Positions 39,942 through 50,021 are shown, numbered from the stretch's first letter. The stretch is 64,000 nucleotides of DNA from Bacteroidota bacterium (GCA_023391895.1 JAEWAC010000157.1:118-64117), one strand, 5' to 3'. Translations and numbers: made by a program. Notes: generated by a model not told the origin, from the sequence alone.

Positions 39942-42900
39942 TTAGAAAGTAAGATTTGCGCCCACTTGTACCACACGGGGTTGAGGCGGCGTGCCTAAAT
40001 CATAAGCCTGAGTGCTCTGGTTGTTGCCCGATACATTGATCTCAGGATCCGGGCCCAGGTACTTTTTCCATAACCACAGGTTAGAGCCTGCCAGGTAAAT
40101 CCGGATGCCGGATGCGTTTATTTTTTGCACGAGGTGCCGGGGTAGTGCATAGCCGATATTCAAAGAACTAAGGCGGATAAAAGACCCATCTTCCAAAAAC
40201 CGGCTGTTCGGGTTTAAGGTGTAATTGTTCCCTTTGGTAGTCACGCGCGGCACCTCCGTAATATCTCCAGGCTTTTGCCAGCGGTTCAATTGTGTTTTAG
40301 CCATAGCCCTGCGGTCATCCCGGGTACCACCGGATTCCAGGTACCAGCGGTTGGCATTGAACACTTTGTTGCCGAACTGGTAATTAAAAAGAAGGGCGAC
40401 ATCAAAGCCTTTATAAGTAAGCGTATTGTTGAAACCTCCGAAAAAGGTCGGCCATGCGTTGCCTACTACCTGCCGGTCTGCCACTGTTAATTGCCCGTCT
40501 TTATTAACATCATCAAAAACAGCATCACCGGTTTGCGGGTCCACATACAATTGTTTGTACATGTAAAAAGAATAAACAGGATAACCTTCGATCATGCGTT
40601 CTACATTATAATTGGCATCAATGGGAACCGGGAGCTTTTCGATTTTATTTTTATTACGTGCCAGGTTGAAGGCCGTTTGCCACTGAAAATGTTTGGATCT
40701 AATGTTGGAGCTGATGATGGAAAGCTCAAAGCCCCGGTTACTGATTTCTCCGCCATTACTGGTAATGGAAGTATATCCGGTGATGGCTGCCAATGGTGCA
40801 TTCAACAACAGACCGGTTGTATATTTTTCATAAACATTGAATTCTATCCCAATACGGTCGTTCCATAATCCTAGATCGACACCTACATTGGATTGACGGG
40901 TTGTTTCCCATTTTAAATCCGGGTTCTCCAGTTGTTGTGGTCCCGTACCGGGCTGATCGTTATAGTTTAATCCGGCACCCCATAATCCTCGAGCAGCAAA
41001 ATCACCTATACCATTTTGGTTACCCGTCAAACCCACATTGGCACGCAACTTCAGATCGCTGACGAGGGCATTATTTTTCAAAAAACTTTCTTCCTTGATC
41101 CTCCAGGAAATACCTGCAGAAGGGAAATATCCCCACCGGTGCGCTGCTCCAAATTTGGAAGAGGCATCTGCCCGTACATTCACCTCGGCAAAATACTTTC
41201 CGGCATAGTTATAATCGATTCTGGAGAAATAAGAAACCAGGTTGTATTGGGACCGTCGGGAAGAAGCGGTTTGGGTAGCAGCAGACGCTATTTGCTTGTA
41301 AGAGTCATTGGGGAAACTGGTACCTTCTGCCAACGTGGACTTTGCCACATTGCTTTGAATAGAATTACCGGCCAAGGCACCCAACGCATGACGACCTGCC
41401 AGTTTTTTCCTGTAAGAAAGTGTTTGCTCTGCTACCCAAATGGTGTTTTTTGAAATGCTGGAGGAAGCATAACCTTTATTAGTAGCCCCCAGGTTGGTCA
41501 AGCTGTTCCAGTATTGGTATTCATCATAATCATTGTAATCAAGACTCCAGCTACTTTTAAATTTCAAATCACGCATGATATCCACCTCTGCAAACAGGTT
41601 ACCGATATAGCGGGTGCTTACCGATTGCATATCCGTATGGCGGATCAATATATCCAAGTTGTCGAAACCGGCCCACTTGGCAGGTGTACCATCTGGCAGA
41701 TTTTTCGGCAAATAAGTTGGTGTATGCAACCCTGCCTGTAGCATACCGCCGGCGGGGCCATCACCGACCCTTGCATTGTTTCTGATGGACCGGGAAACGG
41801 TATTACTGATACCAAGACGAATCCGATCGGTAACCTGTTGATCCAAATTGATTTTGAGACTGCCTCTTTGATACCTGTTAGGACGCACAATGGCTTCTTG
41901 GTCCGTATAGCCGCCCCCTACATAAAACCTTGTTTTATCATTACCACCAGAAACAGAAAGATCATAATTCTGTAATTGGGCAGTTCGAAAAATGTCATGC
42001 AGCCTGTCGTAAGTGGGCTGTTCTTCCGGCAGCCCACGTCCTCCTTCACTCAGGGGACGAAAGGGTCTTGTTTCATAAGTACCGCCGCTGTTGAACCAGG
42101 CTTCATTTTGAATCGTGGCATGCTCCGGACCGGTTACCAGATCCCAAAGTTCCGGCGCCCAGGCAGCACCTAAATAGGTATTAAAACTAACTTTAGGTTT
42201 TGCGTTATAGGCACCTCGTTTAGTAGTGATCAATACCACGCCATTGGCCGCTCGGGCACCATAGATAGCTGTTGCCGTCGCATCTTTTAAAATGGTGATG
42301 CTTTCTATATCCGATGGATTGATATCGGCCAACGGATTGTTGGCTTGACCTTGCGTACTTAACTTTTGCAGCGAAGTATTGTTGATAAAAACGCCATCTA
42401 CTACATATAAAGGCTCATTGCTGGCGTTAATGGAAGTGGTACCCCGGATGCGAAAAAAGATACCATCACCCGGTACGCCGGTGTTGGCAGCAATTTGCAC
42501 ACCTGCCACTTTTCCCTGTAATTGCTGGTCAAAACTGGCTACCGGCTTGTTTTTGATTTCTTCCGCCTTTACCGTGGCCACCGCACTGATCAAAGACCTT
42601 TTGTTTTGTGCACCATAGCCTACTACAATGATTTCGTCTAATGATTTAGTAGCCGCGCTTAAGTTCCAGTCTATAAATGGCTTTCCGTCCACACCTTGCA
42701 CTTTACTCTGAAATCCAATAGCAGAGATCTCCAAAAAACTACCGGGGGGCACTGCAATAGAATAGCTGCCATCTTCACCAGAAGTAGTGCCAATACTGGA
42801 ATTGACAACTTTTATAGAAACACCTGGCAAAGGTTTATTGGTAGCAGAATCTTTAATAATTCCTTTCACGGTAATGATATCCTGTGCAGCTGCATAATAA

Positions 42901-42995
42901 GGAACTATAAGCGTAACAAACAGCGCCAAGCTTAAGGAAGAACGTAAGGCTTTTGAAAGGTCTATTGTATAAAGTATATATCGTTTCATGAACAT
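39942..42995 (-). CDS. susC: SusC/RagA TonB-dependent transporter
   Basis: IIVVGYG, PLYVVDG, DIESITILKDATATAIYGARAANGVVLITTK, NPDLKWETT, terminal F; start 42995 or 42989. Confidence 0.96.
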   Translation of the reverse strand: MFMKRYILYTIDLSKALRSSLSLALFVTLIVPYYAAAQDIITVKGIIKDSATNKPLPGVSIKVVNSSIGTTSGEDGSYSIAVPPGSFLEISAIGFQSKVQGVDGKPFIDWNLSAATKSLDEIIVVGYGAQNKRSLISAVATVKAEEIKNKPVASFDQQLQGKVAGVQIAANTGVPGDGIFFRIRGTTSINASNEPLYVVDGVFINNTSLQKLSTQGQANNPLADINPSDIESITILKDATATAIYGARAANGVVLITTKRGAYNAKPKVSFNTYLGAAWAPELWDLVTGPEHATIQNEAWFNSGGTYETRPFRPLSEGGRGLPEEQPTYDRLHDIFRTAQLQNYDLSVSGGNDKTRFYVGGGYTDQEAIVRPNRYQRGSLKINLDQQVTDRIRLGISNTVSRSIRNNARVGDGPAGGMLQAGLHTPTYLPKNLPDGTPAKWAGFDNLDILIRHTDMQSVSTRYIGNLFAEVDIMRDLKFKSSWSLDYNDYDEYQYWNSLTNLGATNKGYASSSISKNTIWVAEQTLSYRKKLAGRHALGALAGNSIQSNVAKSTLAEGTSFPNDSYKQIASAATQTASSRRSQYNLVSYFSRIDYNYAGKYFAEVNVRADASSKFGAAHRWGYFPSAGISWRIKEESFLKNNALVSDLKLRANVGLTGNQNGIGDFAARGLWGAGLNYNDQPGTGPQQLENPDLKWETTRQSNVGVDLGLWNDRIGIEFNVYEKYTTGLLLNAPLAAITGYTSITSNGGEISNRGFELSIISSNIRSKHFQWQTAFNLARNKNKIEKLPVPIDANYNVERMIEGYPVYSFYMYKQLYVDPQTGDAVFDDVNKDGQLTVADRQVVGNAWPTFFGGFNNTLTYKGFDVALLFNYQFGNKVFNANRWYLESGGTRDDRRAMAKTQLNRWQKPGDITEVPRVTTKGNNYTLNPNSRFLEDGSFIRLSSLNIGYALPRHLVQKINASGIRIYLAGSNLWLWKKYLGPDPEINVSGNNQSTQAYDLGTPPQPRVVQVGANLTF

Positions 42996-43109
42996 GGTTT
43001 TGTAAATCAGCTTGTGGAATAGCAATAAGGTTGAATCCCAGGTTTTTTATGGTACCTGGCCAAACTTTTAAATCTCTTTTAGAAATGAAGCCGGCTAGTG
43101 GTTATAATC

Positions 43110-43205
43110 CTATTTACTTCCTATGCAACAGCCGGTACCGGTTAGTTCAGTCAACCGCCGACGTTACGCACACAGTAGCCGGACTGTTGTACAGGAAGTA
43201 AATAG
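43110..43205 (-). promoter_or_regulatory. Long hairpin in the susC 5' leader
   Basis: Perfect 13-bp arms CTATTTACTTCCT (43110-43122) / AGGAAGTAAATAG (43193-43205), extended inward by imperfect CAACAG-CCGG pairing. Confidence 0.6.
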
Positions 43206-43277
43206 AATATAGCGTCTATACTCAACTCAATACAGATGTTGATTACAGCCGTCTTCCAAAAGGACAAGCAGAATAAA

Positions 43278-43361
43278 TTAATAACAATAAAAGTTGACGG
43301 AAGAACGAAAGGAAAACGCTACCGCCATAGAGGCCTGGGTCTGACAGGTGTTGCATTGCAT
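43278..43361 (-). CDS. Putative Cys-containing leader peptide (MQCNTCQTQASMAVAFSFRSSVNFYCY)
   Basis: 27-aa uORF with 3 Cys and 2 Met, coupled by a TGATG overlap to the 9-aa uORF MFNSKNCLQ (43361-43390), between the promoter and susC. Confidence 0.5.
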   Translation of the reverse strand: MQCNTCQTQASMAVAFSFRSSVNFYCY

Positions 43362-43444
43362 CACTGTAAACAATTTTTAGAGTTAAACATTTGAGTAGCG
43401 CTGGCGGTTAACAGTACTCTTCAAATTGAAAGCAAACTTTAATA

Positions 43445-43470
43445 GTCTACTATTTTAGTAGACAAATATA
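43445..43470 (-). promoter_or_regulatory. Palindromic operator overlapping a -7 promoter element
   Basis: GTCTACTA-TTT-TAGTAGAC perfect 8-bp inverted repeat (43445-43463) abutting TATATTTG (43463-43470, minus strand). Confidence 0.65.
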
Positions 43471-43509
43471 ATTGGATTACTTTCAATTAAAAAAGTTTTT
43501 CTGATTATT

Positions 43510-44050
43510 TTTTTGAGCTTTCATGGCGCACCCAGCTCTGAGCAACATATGTAACGGGATCTGATAGTAATCCGGAAATGGATTACCAAACAGGGCTATA
43601 TAGAAGCTTAGCGCTTGCTCAATTAGCACCGGGTTCTTTGGCAGTACAATTTACCAGATCCATTGGTTTTGCTGAAGATAAAACTCTCGGTGCAACAGTT
43701 GTCGGATTTGCACTCGTGCTACTTTCCTTTATCATCATTTTATCATTAGGTTTTGCTTATGTGCAATTGGGTGAATTACCCTGGATAAAGGCTCTTTTTT
43801 TATGGAATTAGCACTATTGTTATTGGCTTAATTGCAGTGGGAACGCATAAGCCTACTAAAAAGACATTTGGCAGGACAAAATGCTTTGGGCTATTTTTAC
43901 CACTTTTGTTTTTGAAAAAGAAATAATTGCGTTGATTCTCTCCAACGGTTTGATCGCTTGGCTATACAAAACAAAGCCCAAAATTTATTCTCTACCAGCA
44001 TTCTATCTTTTCCTTTTTTCATTACAGGCAAATGTGGGCATCGTGCCCCT
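43510..44050 (+). pseudogene. chrA: Chromate transporter (ChrA) remnant
   Basis: Fragments HM*RDLIVIRKWI, LALAQLAPGSLAVQ, FALVLLSFIIILSLGFAYVQLGELPWIKALF across stops and frameshifts; limits approximate. Confidence 0.72.
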
Positions 44051-44689
44051 ACTTTATACCGGGAGCAGTCCTACCAGTTACACCAACCTCAAACCTATTA
44101 TGCTAGAATCCTAGACCATGACCTGTTCTGCGGGGATACCAATCATGCCCGCCCCGCCCTGGACTGGGCTTGGGGCAGGAAGGCCTGCTGATGGCAGGCT
44201 GTGCCTAAAAACTCAGTGAAATGATCAACCCCTTCCTTCAATTTGCCCCCGAGGCTACACCCCACCTGCTCCCTATACCGGAAGAAGACCAGCAGTTCCA
44301 CATCCAACGCGTAAAGTTCGCCAAGGAATACCTGGTAGCGGTTACTAGTATTCAGACCGAAAGTGATGGTCAACATGCGACCTAGAATACACCACCCGTT
44401 ATCAAAACATGAAGCCCTTTGCCCCTTTAAACCTCATTGATTTTAAACAGTAGCCTAAACGGAAAGCCCATGCTGCCCTGTATGATGATGGCTGGCGACT
44501 GGAACGGTAAGTCTGGCAACATTCGAGAAAACGCACAAAAACTAACGAGCATTCCTTATAAATAAGATCCAAAGAAGCATTTTCTTTTTAGTCATCACAG
44601 GGCCACCTGATTAATTTGTATTTGCATGAGAAACCACTTTAAAAATGGCACTACTCTTTTCCTTTACCAATCCTTACGGACTGCCCAAG

Positions 44690-44881
44690 TGTATCACACC
44701 AGCCTACCCTGCCCTATCAAAATTTGAACATCCCCGCTGGCATTGAATCACCCTCTAATTTTACAGGGCTCCTCTCCACTGGTGTGAAAAGAAAACCCGT
44801 GTTGTATGCTTTATCCTTTTCCATATGGCTGTTTCCTACCTCAGAGAACCCATTGCCGCTGGTGCTTGGACCGGTTCACTT
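44690..44881 (+). repeat. Conserved promoter/leader module, copy 1
   Basis: TGTATCAC..TGAACATCCCC..CTAATTTTACAGGGCTCCTCTCCACTGGTG..GAAAAGAAAACC..TTGTAT..GAGAACCCATTGCCGCTGGTGCTT..ACCGGTTCACTT, shared with 48019-48207 and in part 61116-61270. Confidence 0.85.
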
Positions 44882-45034
44882 CCTTTTTAACAGGATACAC
44901 ATCTGATCGACGTGGGTACAACTGCCTTTATTCAATGCTATAATTAGAAAAATAATCTAATAGTCAGCTTATTGTGAATGTAGCCTTCCCTTCCTATATT
45001 ACGCTCCCATTCCAAACTAACTATAAGCTTCCCT

Positions 45035-47617
45035 ATGAGGTCAACCTGTCATTTCTTATGGTATCCTACTTCTATAAAAAAGGTTCGCCTTACATGGCCT
45101 CCAACCAACCTAACCCATTTTTTATATTGGTTCCACCGGGACCTCCTATGCACCATTTCTGTATGCCTAGTTTTATTTCTACCATTACAGCTGTTTGCCG
45201 GGCGTGCTAGCATCAATCATGAAGAAAAGGGAAATATAACTTTAGACATAAAAAGCACAGGCACTACCTGTGAAAAGGCGAATGGCAGCATTCTGGTAAC
45301 CGCCAGCGGCGGGGTTGCGCCTTATGCGTATTCATGGAATGACAACGTTCCCCAGGCACATGGCCGCTTCACGCACCTTCCTGCCGGAACCTACCATATC
45401 AAAGTAACCGACGCCGAGGGAAGCATCGCTACAGCCCTTGTCACGCTTACCAATACCCATAAGTCGCCGACCAGCGTGACGGCGCAACTGGAATATTCCG
45501 GCGGATGCGCTGCCCGCGATGCCAGCCTTACCCTTACAGGAGTAGGCGGTACGCCCCCCTATACTTATTCGATTGACCAAAATGATTACCAGGTCAGTCA
45601 TATTTTCCCCAACCTAACAGCGGGTCTTTATTATTTAGGTGTCAAAGATGCGAATGGCTGCCTCTCACCTAAAATCTGGTACGACTACCTAACCATCCCG
45701 GAAAATTGCGAAATGAAGCAAAACGGACTTAACTTAAGCTATTATTGCCAACCCTTTCGAAGCAACCTTGGCCTCATAAACGTTTCTGGAGGAAAGCCTC
45801 CCTATACGTATTCTATTGATGGCGCTAATTTTCAGGAAAACTACTTATTTGAAAATCTTCCAGGTGGTTTGTATACCGTAACTGTAAAAGACGCCGACCA
45901 TACAAAATTCCTGTATACGGTGGCGTTGGTCGATCGATGCAACCCCATCTTTGCTATCAATACGGCTGTACAATTGTCCACCTGTAATCAAAACAACGGG
46001 GTAATCACCATAACTCCTGTGAACGGCATAAGCCCGTATGAGTATGCCATAGATGGGGTTAACTTTCAAAACAGCAATGCATTCAAAGACTTGGCACCAG
46101 GCAGCTATACAATCACGGTGAAAGATGCGGAAAATTCTATTAGTTCAAAACTCGTCATGGTTGGCCAGACCTGTTTGACGGTCTCATCACAAATAAAAAA
46201 CAGCACCTGTGGTAAAAACAACGGTAGCCTTACATTCAATGCAGCTGGCGGCGTTCCGCCCTATCAATATTCTATTGATGGAATGCGTTTTGAACCAACC
46301 GGCCAATTTAATGAACTTCTTGCCGGAACCTATACCGTTACCGTAAAAGACGCAACCGGGCAGGTGAGCAGTTCCTCTATTACTATTGAAGACCATCCTG
46401 GTCCAGCCATTCCATCCATTGAGGTCCAGGCTACCGGTTGCGATAATAAAAGTGGGGGCCTTTATATTAAAAGCAGTAGTACGGAGCAGCCTTTACAGTA
46501 TAGCCTTGACGGCACCCGTTTTCAATCGAGCCCGGACTTTACGGGTCTTGCCACCGGCATCTACAACGTCATTGTAAAAGATGAAGCGGGGTGTTTATCC
46601 AAGGCAACGGGCACCATCCCCTACATCAACACACTTACGGTTGAAGCAGGAAAAGATGTCTCCCTGTGTGAGGGCTCAGGTGTTCAATTAAGTGGTGTAT
46701 CCAATGGAACCAACCTTTCCTGGTATCCGGCTATTGGCTTGAGCAAAACAGTAGGAGGCCATCCAATAGCGAAGCCCTCGCAAACAACCAAATATTATCT
46801 TACGGTTACAGAGGGGCCGTGTAGCCAAATAGACTCTGTAACGGTCTTTGTAAAGCCTGCGCCTATTCCAGATGCGGGCCAAGACATCACCATTTGCTTT
46901 GGTAAAAATGCGCAACTGAACGGCAGCGGTGGCGCTACTTACTTTTGGAGCCCTGGTACTTATCTAAACCATATTTCAAAACCCAATCCTACCGTCATTC
47001 AACCTACAAAAACAATGTCCTACCAACTGAGTGTAGTGGATGCTAACGGCTGTTCCTCCCTCATAAAAGATACAGTCCAGGTCCGAGTCACTCCACCCGC
47101 AAGTGTTTTTGCTGGCAATGACACCTCCCTCACTATTGGACAACCATTTTCCTTACATGCAGTTGACATCAATAACAGTGGCTTTAATGCGTATACCTGG
47201 ACACCCCATACAGGCCTTTCCAACCCCTTTATTCAAAACCCGGTTGTAACACCCAATCAAAACATCTCTTATGTTATTCGCGCTACCACCCAAGAGGGTT
47301 GTGCAGGTACAGACACCATCCATATCAAGGTATTCTTACAAGCGGATATTTATGTTCCCACTGCCTTTACACCCAATGGAGACGGTAAAAATGATATCCT
47401 GAAAGCGATACCCGTCGGACTTCACCAGTTTCACTATTTCAAAATATTTAACCAATGGGGTCAACTGGTATTTGAAAGCACGAAAGCCCATCAAGGCTGG
47501 GATGGAAAGCGTAAAGGAGTATCCAAGGGGAGCGATGTGTATGTATGGGTAGCTTCCGGTACCGATTACAAAGGCCAGACAATTGTGCGAAAGGGAACGG
47601 TTGTTTTGATAAAATAG
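45035..47617 (+). CDS. SprB-repeat surface protein with T9SS type B (gliding motility-associated) C-terminal domain
   Basis: About six GGxxPYxYSxDG-type repeats, AGxD Ig-like repeats, C-terminal YVPTAFTPNGDGKND...FNQWGQ...GWDG...KGTVVLIK. Confidence 0.92.
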   Translation: MRSTCHFLWYPTSIKKVRLTWPPTNLTHFLYWFHRDLLCTISVCLVLFLPLQLFAGRASINHEEKGNITLDIKSTGTTCEKANGSILVTASGGVAPYAYSWNDNVPQAHGRFTHLPAGTYHIKVTDAEGSIATALVTLTNTHKSPTSVTAQLEYSGGCAARDASLTLTGVGGTPPYTYSIDQNDYQVSHIFPNLTAGLYYLGVKDANGCLSPKIWYDYLTIPENCEMKQNGLNLSYYCQPFRSNLGLINVSGGKPPYTYSIDGANFQENYLFENLPGGLYTVTVKDADHTKFLYTVALVDRCNPIFAINTAVQLSTCNQNNGVITITPVNGISPYEYAIDGVNFQNSNAFKDLAPGSYTITVKDAENSISSKLVMVGQTCLTVSSQIKNSTCGKNNGSLTFNAAGGVPPYQYSIDGMRFEPTGQFNELLAGTYTVTVKDATGQVSSSSITIEDHPGPAIPSIEVQATGCDNKSGGLYIKSSSTEQPLQYSLDGTRFQSSPDFTGLATGIYNVIVKDEAGCLSKATGTIPYINTLTVEAGKDVSLCEGSGVQLSGVSNGTNLSWYPAIGLSKTVGGHPIAKPSQTTKYYLTVTEGPCSQIDSVTVFVKPAPIPDAGQDITICFGKNAQLNGSGGATYFWSPGTYLNHISKPNPTVIQPTKTMSYQLSVVDANGCSSLIKDTVQVRVTPPASVFAGNDTSLTIGQPFSLHAVDINNSGFNAYTWTPHTGLSNPFIQNPVVTPNQNISYVIRATTQEGCAGTDTIHIKVFLQADIYVPTAFTPNGDGKNDILKAIPVGLHQFHYFKIFNQWGQLVFESTKAHQGWDGKRKGVSKGSDVYVWVASGTDYKGQTIVRKGTVVLIK

Positions 47618-48018
47618 CTCTAAAAAAAGCAGGCGTTCTTTGATTGGAATTCAGGTTGATTCATCCCTGCAACAGCCTGGGCTTGTTTGTAGATTTACGT
47701 GCTGACCGCTCCTTATTCATTTACTCTTATTGAAGCGTTCCTCTTTTATAACCTATCTGCCAGGAGCAGGCAGACCCCGTCCCCTTAGCGGCCACACACC
47801 TCCCTTTCTGCCATCGAGCAAGCCAAACTGCCATGTACGTAGGTTCTTAAAATGCCATACACAGAAGGAGTAACGGGCGGCAATTCCCCTACATAAGACT
47901 AAGTAGGATCCGACTTCTTTTCCGTACTCCCCAGGGTGAGAGATGCCTTGGTTATTGATTTGAAAAGACACCGCAAGCAAGCCTTCTTTTTCCTATTCTC
48001 TCATTGTGATTTCTTTCC

Positions 48019-48207
48019 TGTATCACCATACCACCATCCTACCCCTTCAATAACTGAACATCCCCAGTGGCGTTGCCCCCTCTAATTTTACAGGGCTCCT
48101 CTCCACTGGTGCGAAAAGAAAACCATATTGTATTCGTTCTCCATTTTCGTATGGCTGTTTCCTATTTCAGAGAACCCATTGCCGCTGGTGCTTAGACCGG
48201 TTCACTT
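48019..48207 (+). repeat. Conserved promoter/leader module, copy 2 (no intact downstream gene)
   Basis: High visible identity to 44690-44881. Confidence 0.85.
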
Positions 48208-48652
48208 TTTTCCAGCAGGCGGCCCCTTTCAGACAAACTATCATCAAAGGACCCATCCTTCCCAAAACCTGGAATTAGCCAAGTATGAAAAAGACTTGTC
48301 CCCTCTTGCATCAATCGATGTCTCATTACCCTATTCCAACATTTTCCTGTTATTTTACCGACACCCTCTTTCGATCCACCCCCTCAGTCCTCCTTCTTCC
48401 TTACCTACCCCAGCCACTGCCACCCACCTACCCCTTTGGGTTTAACAAAAACCCTAGGACTCAACCCCAATTATATGTTCCGTCTGGATATACGATTGTA
48501 TTACAAAGAAGGTCTCCGGACCTGGAGCAAATGCATCGGATAGGTTGCTGAATTCATTTAAACCATTTAAAAAATTAAGACAAAAACAGCACTCCTCATT
48601 GACCTCAATGGCTGCGCCTGTAGCTTTTCCCTATGCTTAACGTTCGTAGAGA

Positions 48653-49921
48653 TTAATGATCGTTAAGTTCCAACCCAAGGCGCTGAAATTCTTTCCAATT
48701 CAGGTATTCAGTTCCTTTACGCTTCTCTATCATGGTAATACAGCTATCCACAGGACATATTAGCTGGCAGAGGTTACAACCCACACATTCTTCTTCCTTG
48801 ATGGTGTAGGTATTATAGGGCTTGCTGTAGAGCAGGTCAATTGCCTGGTGAGCGGCATCTTCGCAGGCTATGTAGCACAGGCCACAGTGTATGCATTTAT
48901 CCTGATTGATGTGTGCCACATGGTGGTAGTTGATATCAAGATCTTCCCAATAGGTAAGTGCCGGCACAGATAAACCTATTAAATCGGCCAGTTTTGCAAA
49001 ACCCTTTTCGTCCATCCAGTTGTTCAACCCTTCGCACATATCTTCTATAATACGGAACCCGTATTTCATGACTGCTGTACATACCTGTACATTGCTGGCC
49101 CCCAGTAGCATAAATTCCACTGCCTCTTTCCATGTGCTGATGCCTCCAATACCGGATACCGGAACTGTTCGCGTGACCGGGTCCTGACTGATGGTAGCCA
49201 GAAACTTCAAGGCAATTGGTTTTACTGCAGGACCGCAATAGCCACCAAACACAGTCTTGCCGCCAACATTGGGATTCGGCACCAACGTATCCAGGTCTAT
49301 GCCTGTAATTGATTGTATAGTGTTGATGAGCGAAAGTGCATTAGAGCCGGCCTGCACCACTGCTTTGCCGGTAGGCACCACAGAATGTACATTAGGGGTA
49401 AGTTTAGTAATGACCGGAATGGTTGCTTTTTCCATAACCCACTCCACTACCATTCTGGCTATTTCCGGATCTTGCCCAACCGTCGCGCCCATACCTCTTT
49501 CCGTCATGCCGTGCGGGCAGCCAAAATTCAACTCAAGGCCATGGGCACCGGTATCCTCCACCTGTGCTATCAACTCATGCCACTTTTCACGGGTGTTATC
49601 TGCCATGAGTGATACCACCATAGCCCTGTCAGGAAACAGCTTAATGCATTCTTCAATTTCACGCAGGTTCAAGTCCAGCGGCCGATCCGATATCAATTCT
49701 ATATTATTAAACCCCATAACCCGGCTGCCATTGTAGTTGACTGCTGAATATCTGGATGAAACATTTTTTACCTGCGACCCTAATGTTTTCCAAACCACGC
49801 CGCCCCAGCCGGCTTCAAAGGCACGCAGCACATTTATTTTTTTATCAGTGGGAGGTGCACTGGCCAACCAAAAGGGATTTGGAGATTTGATACCCAGGAA
49901 GTTGGATGATATGTCAGCCAT
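48653..49921 (-). CDS. preA: NAD-dependent dihydropyrimidine dehydrogenase subunit PreA
   Basis: NPFWLASAPP, NNIELIS, ELNFGCPHG, KLTPN, two C-terminal CxxCxxCxxxC ferredoxin motifs; start at MADIS. Confidence 0.96.
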   Translation of the reverse strand: MADISSNFLGIKSPNPFWLASAPPTDKKINVLRAFEAGWGGVVWKTLGSQVKNVSSRYSAVNYNGSRVMGFNNIELISDRPLDLNLREIEECIKLFPDRAMVVSLMADNTREKWHELIAQVEDTGAHGLELNFGCPHGMTERGMGATVGQDPEIARMVVEWVMEKATIPVITKLTPNVHSVVPTGKAVVQAGSNALSLINTIQSITGIDLDTLVPNPNVGGKTVFGGYCGPAVKPIALKFLATISQDPVTRTVPVSGIGGISTWKEAVEFMLLGASNVQVCTAVMKYGFRIIEDMCEGLNNWMDEKGFAKLADLIGLSVPALTYWEDLDINYHHVAHINQDKCIHCGLCYIACEDAAHQAIDLLYSKPYNTYTIKEEECVGCNLCQLICPVDSCITMIEKRKGTEYLNWKEFQRLGLELNDH

Positions 49922-50021
49922 TATCAAAGTTTTACAGGTTAATAGTTCATGATGTTCAATAAAGCTTTCAAAACGCATGAAAAAATTAAAAAGCTTTACA
50001 AAGAGTTTTGAACAGAACCTC

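Noticed and set aside
47740..47900. Possible LytTR C-terminal remnant (SLSAIEQAKLP...RFLKCH)
   Set aside because: Too short and split across frames to support.
44690..48207. Repeat copies 1 and 2 as transposon ends or att sites
   Set aside because: No transposase or integrase, no inverted termini, and a third spaced-box copy fits a regulatory module better.
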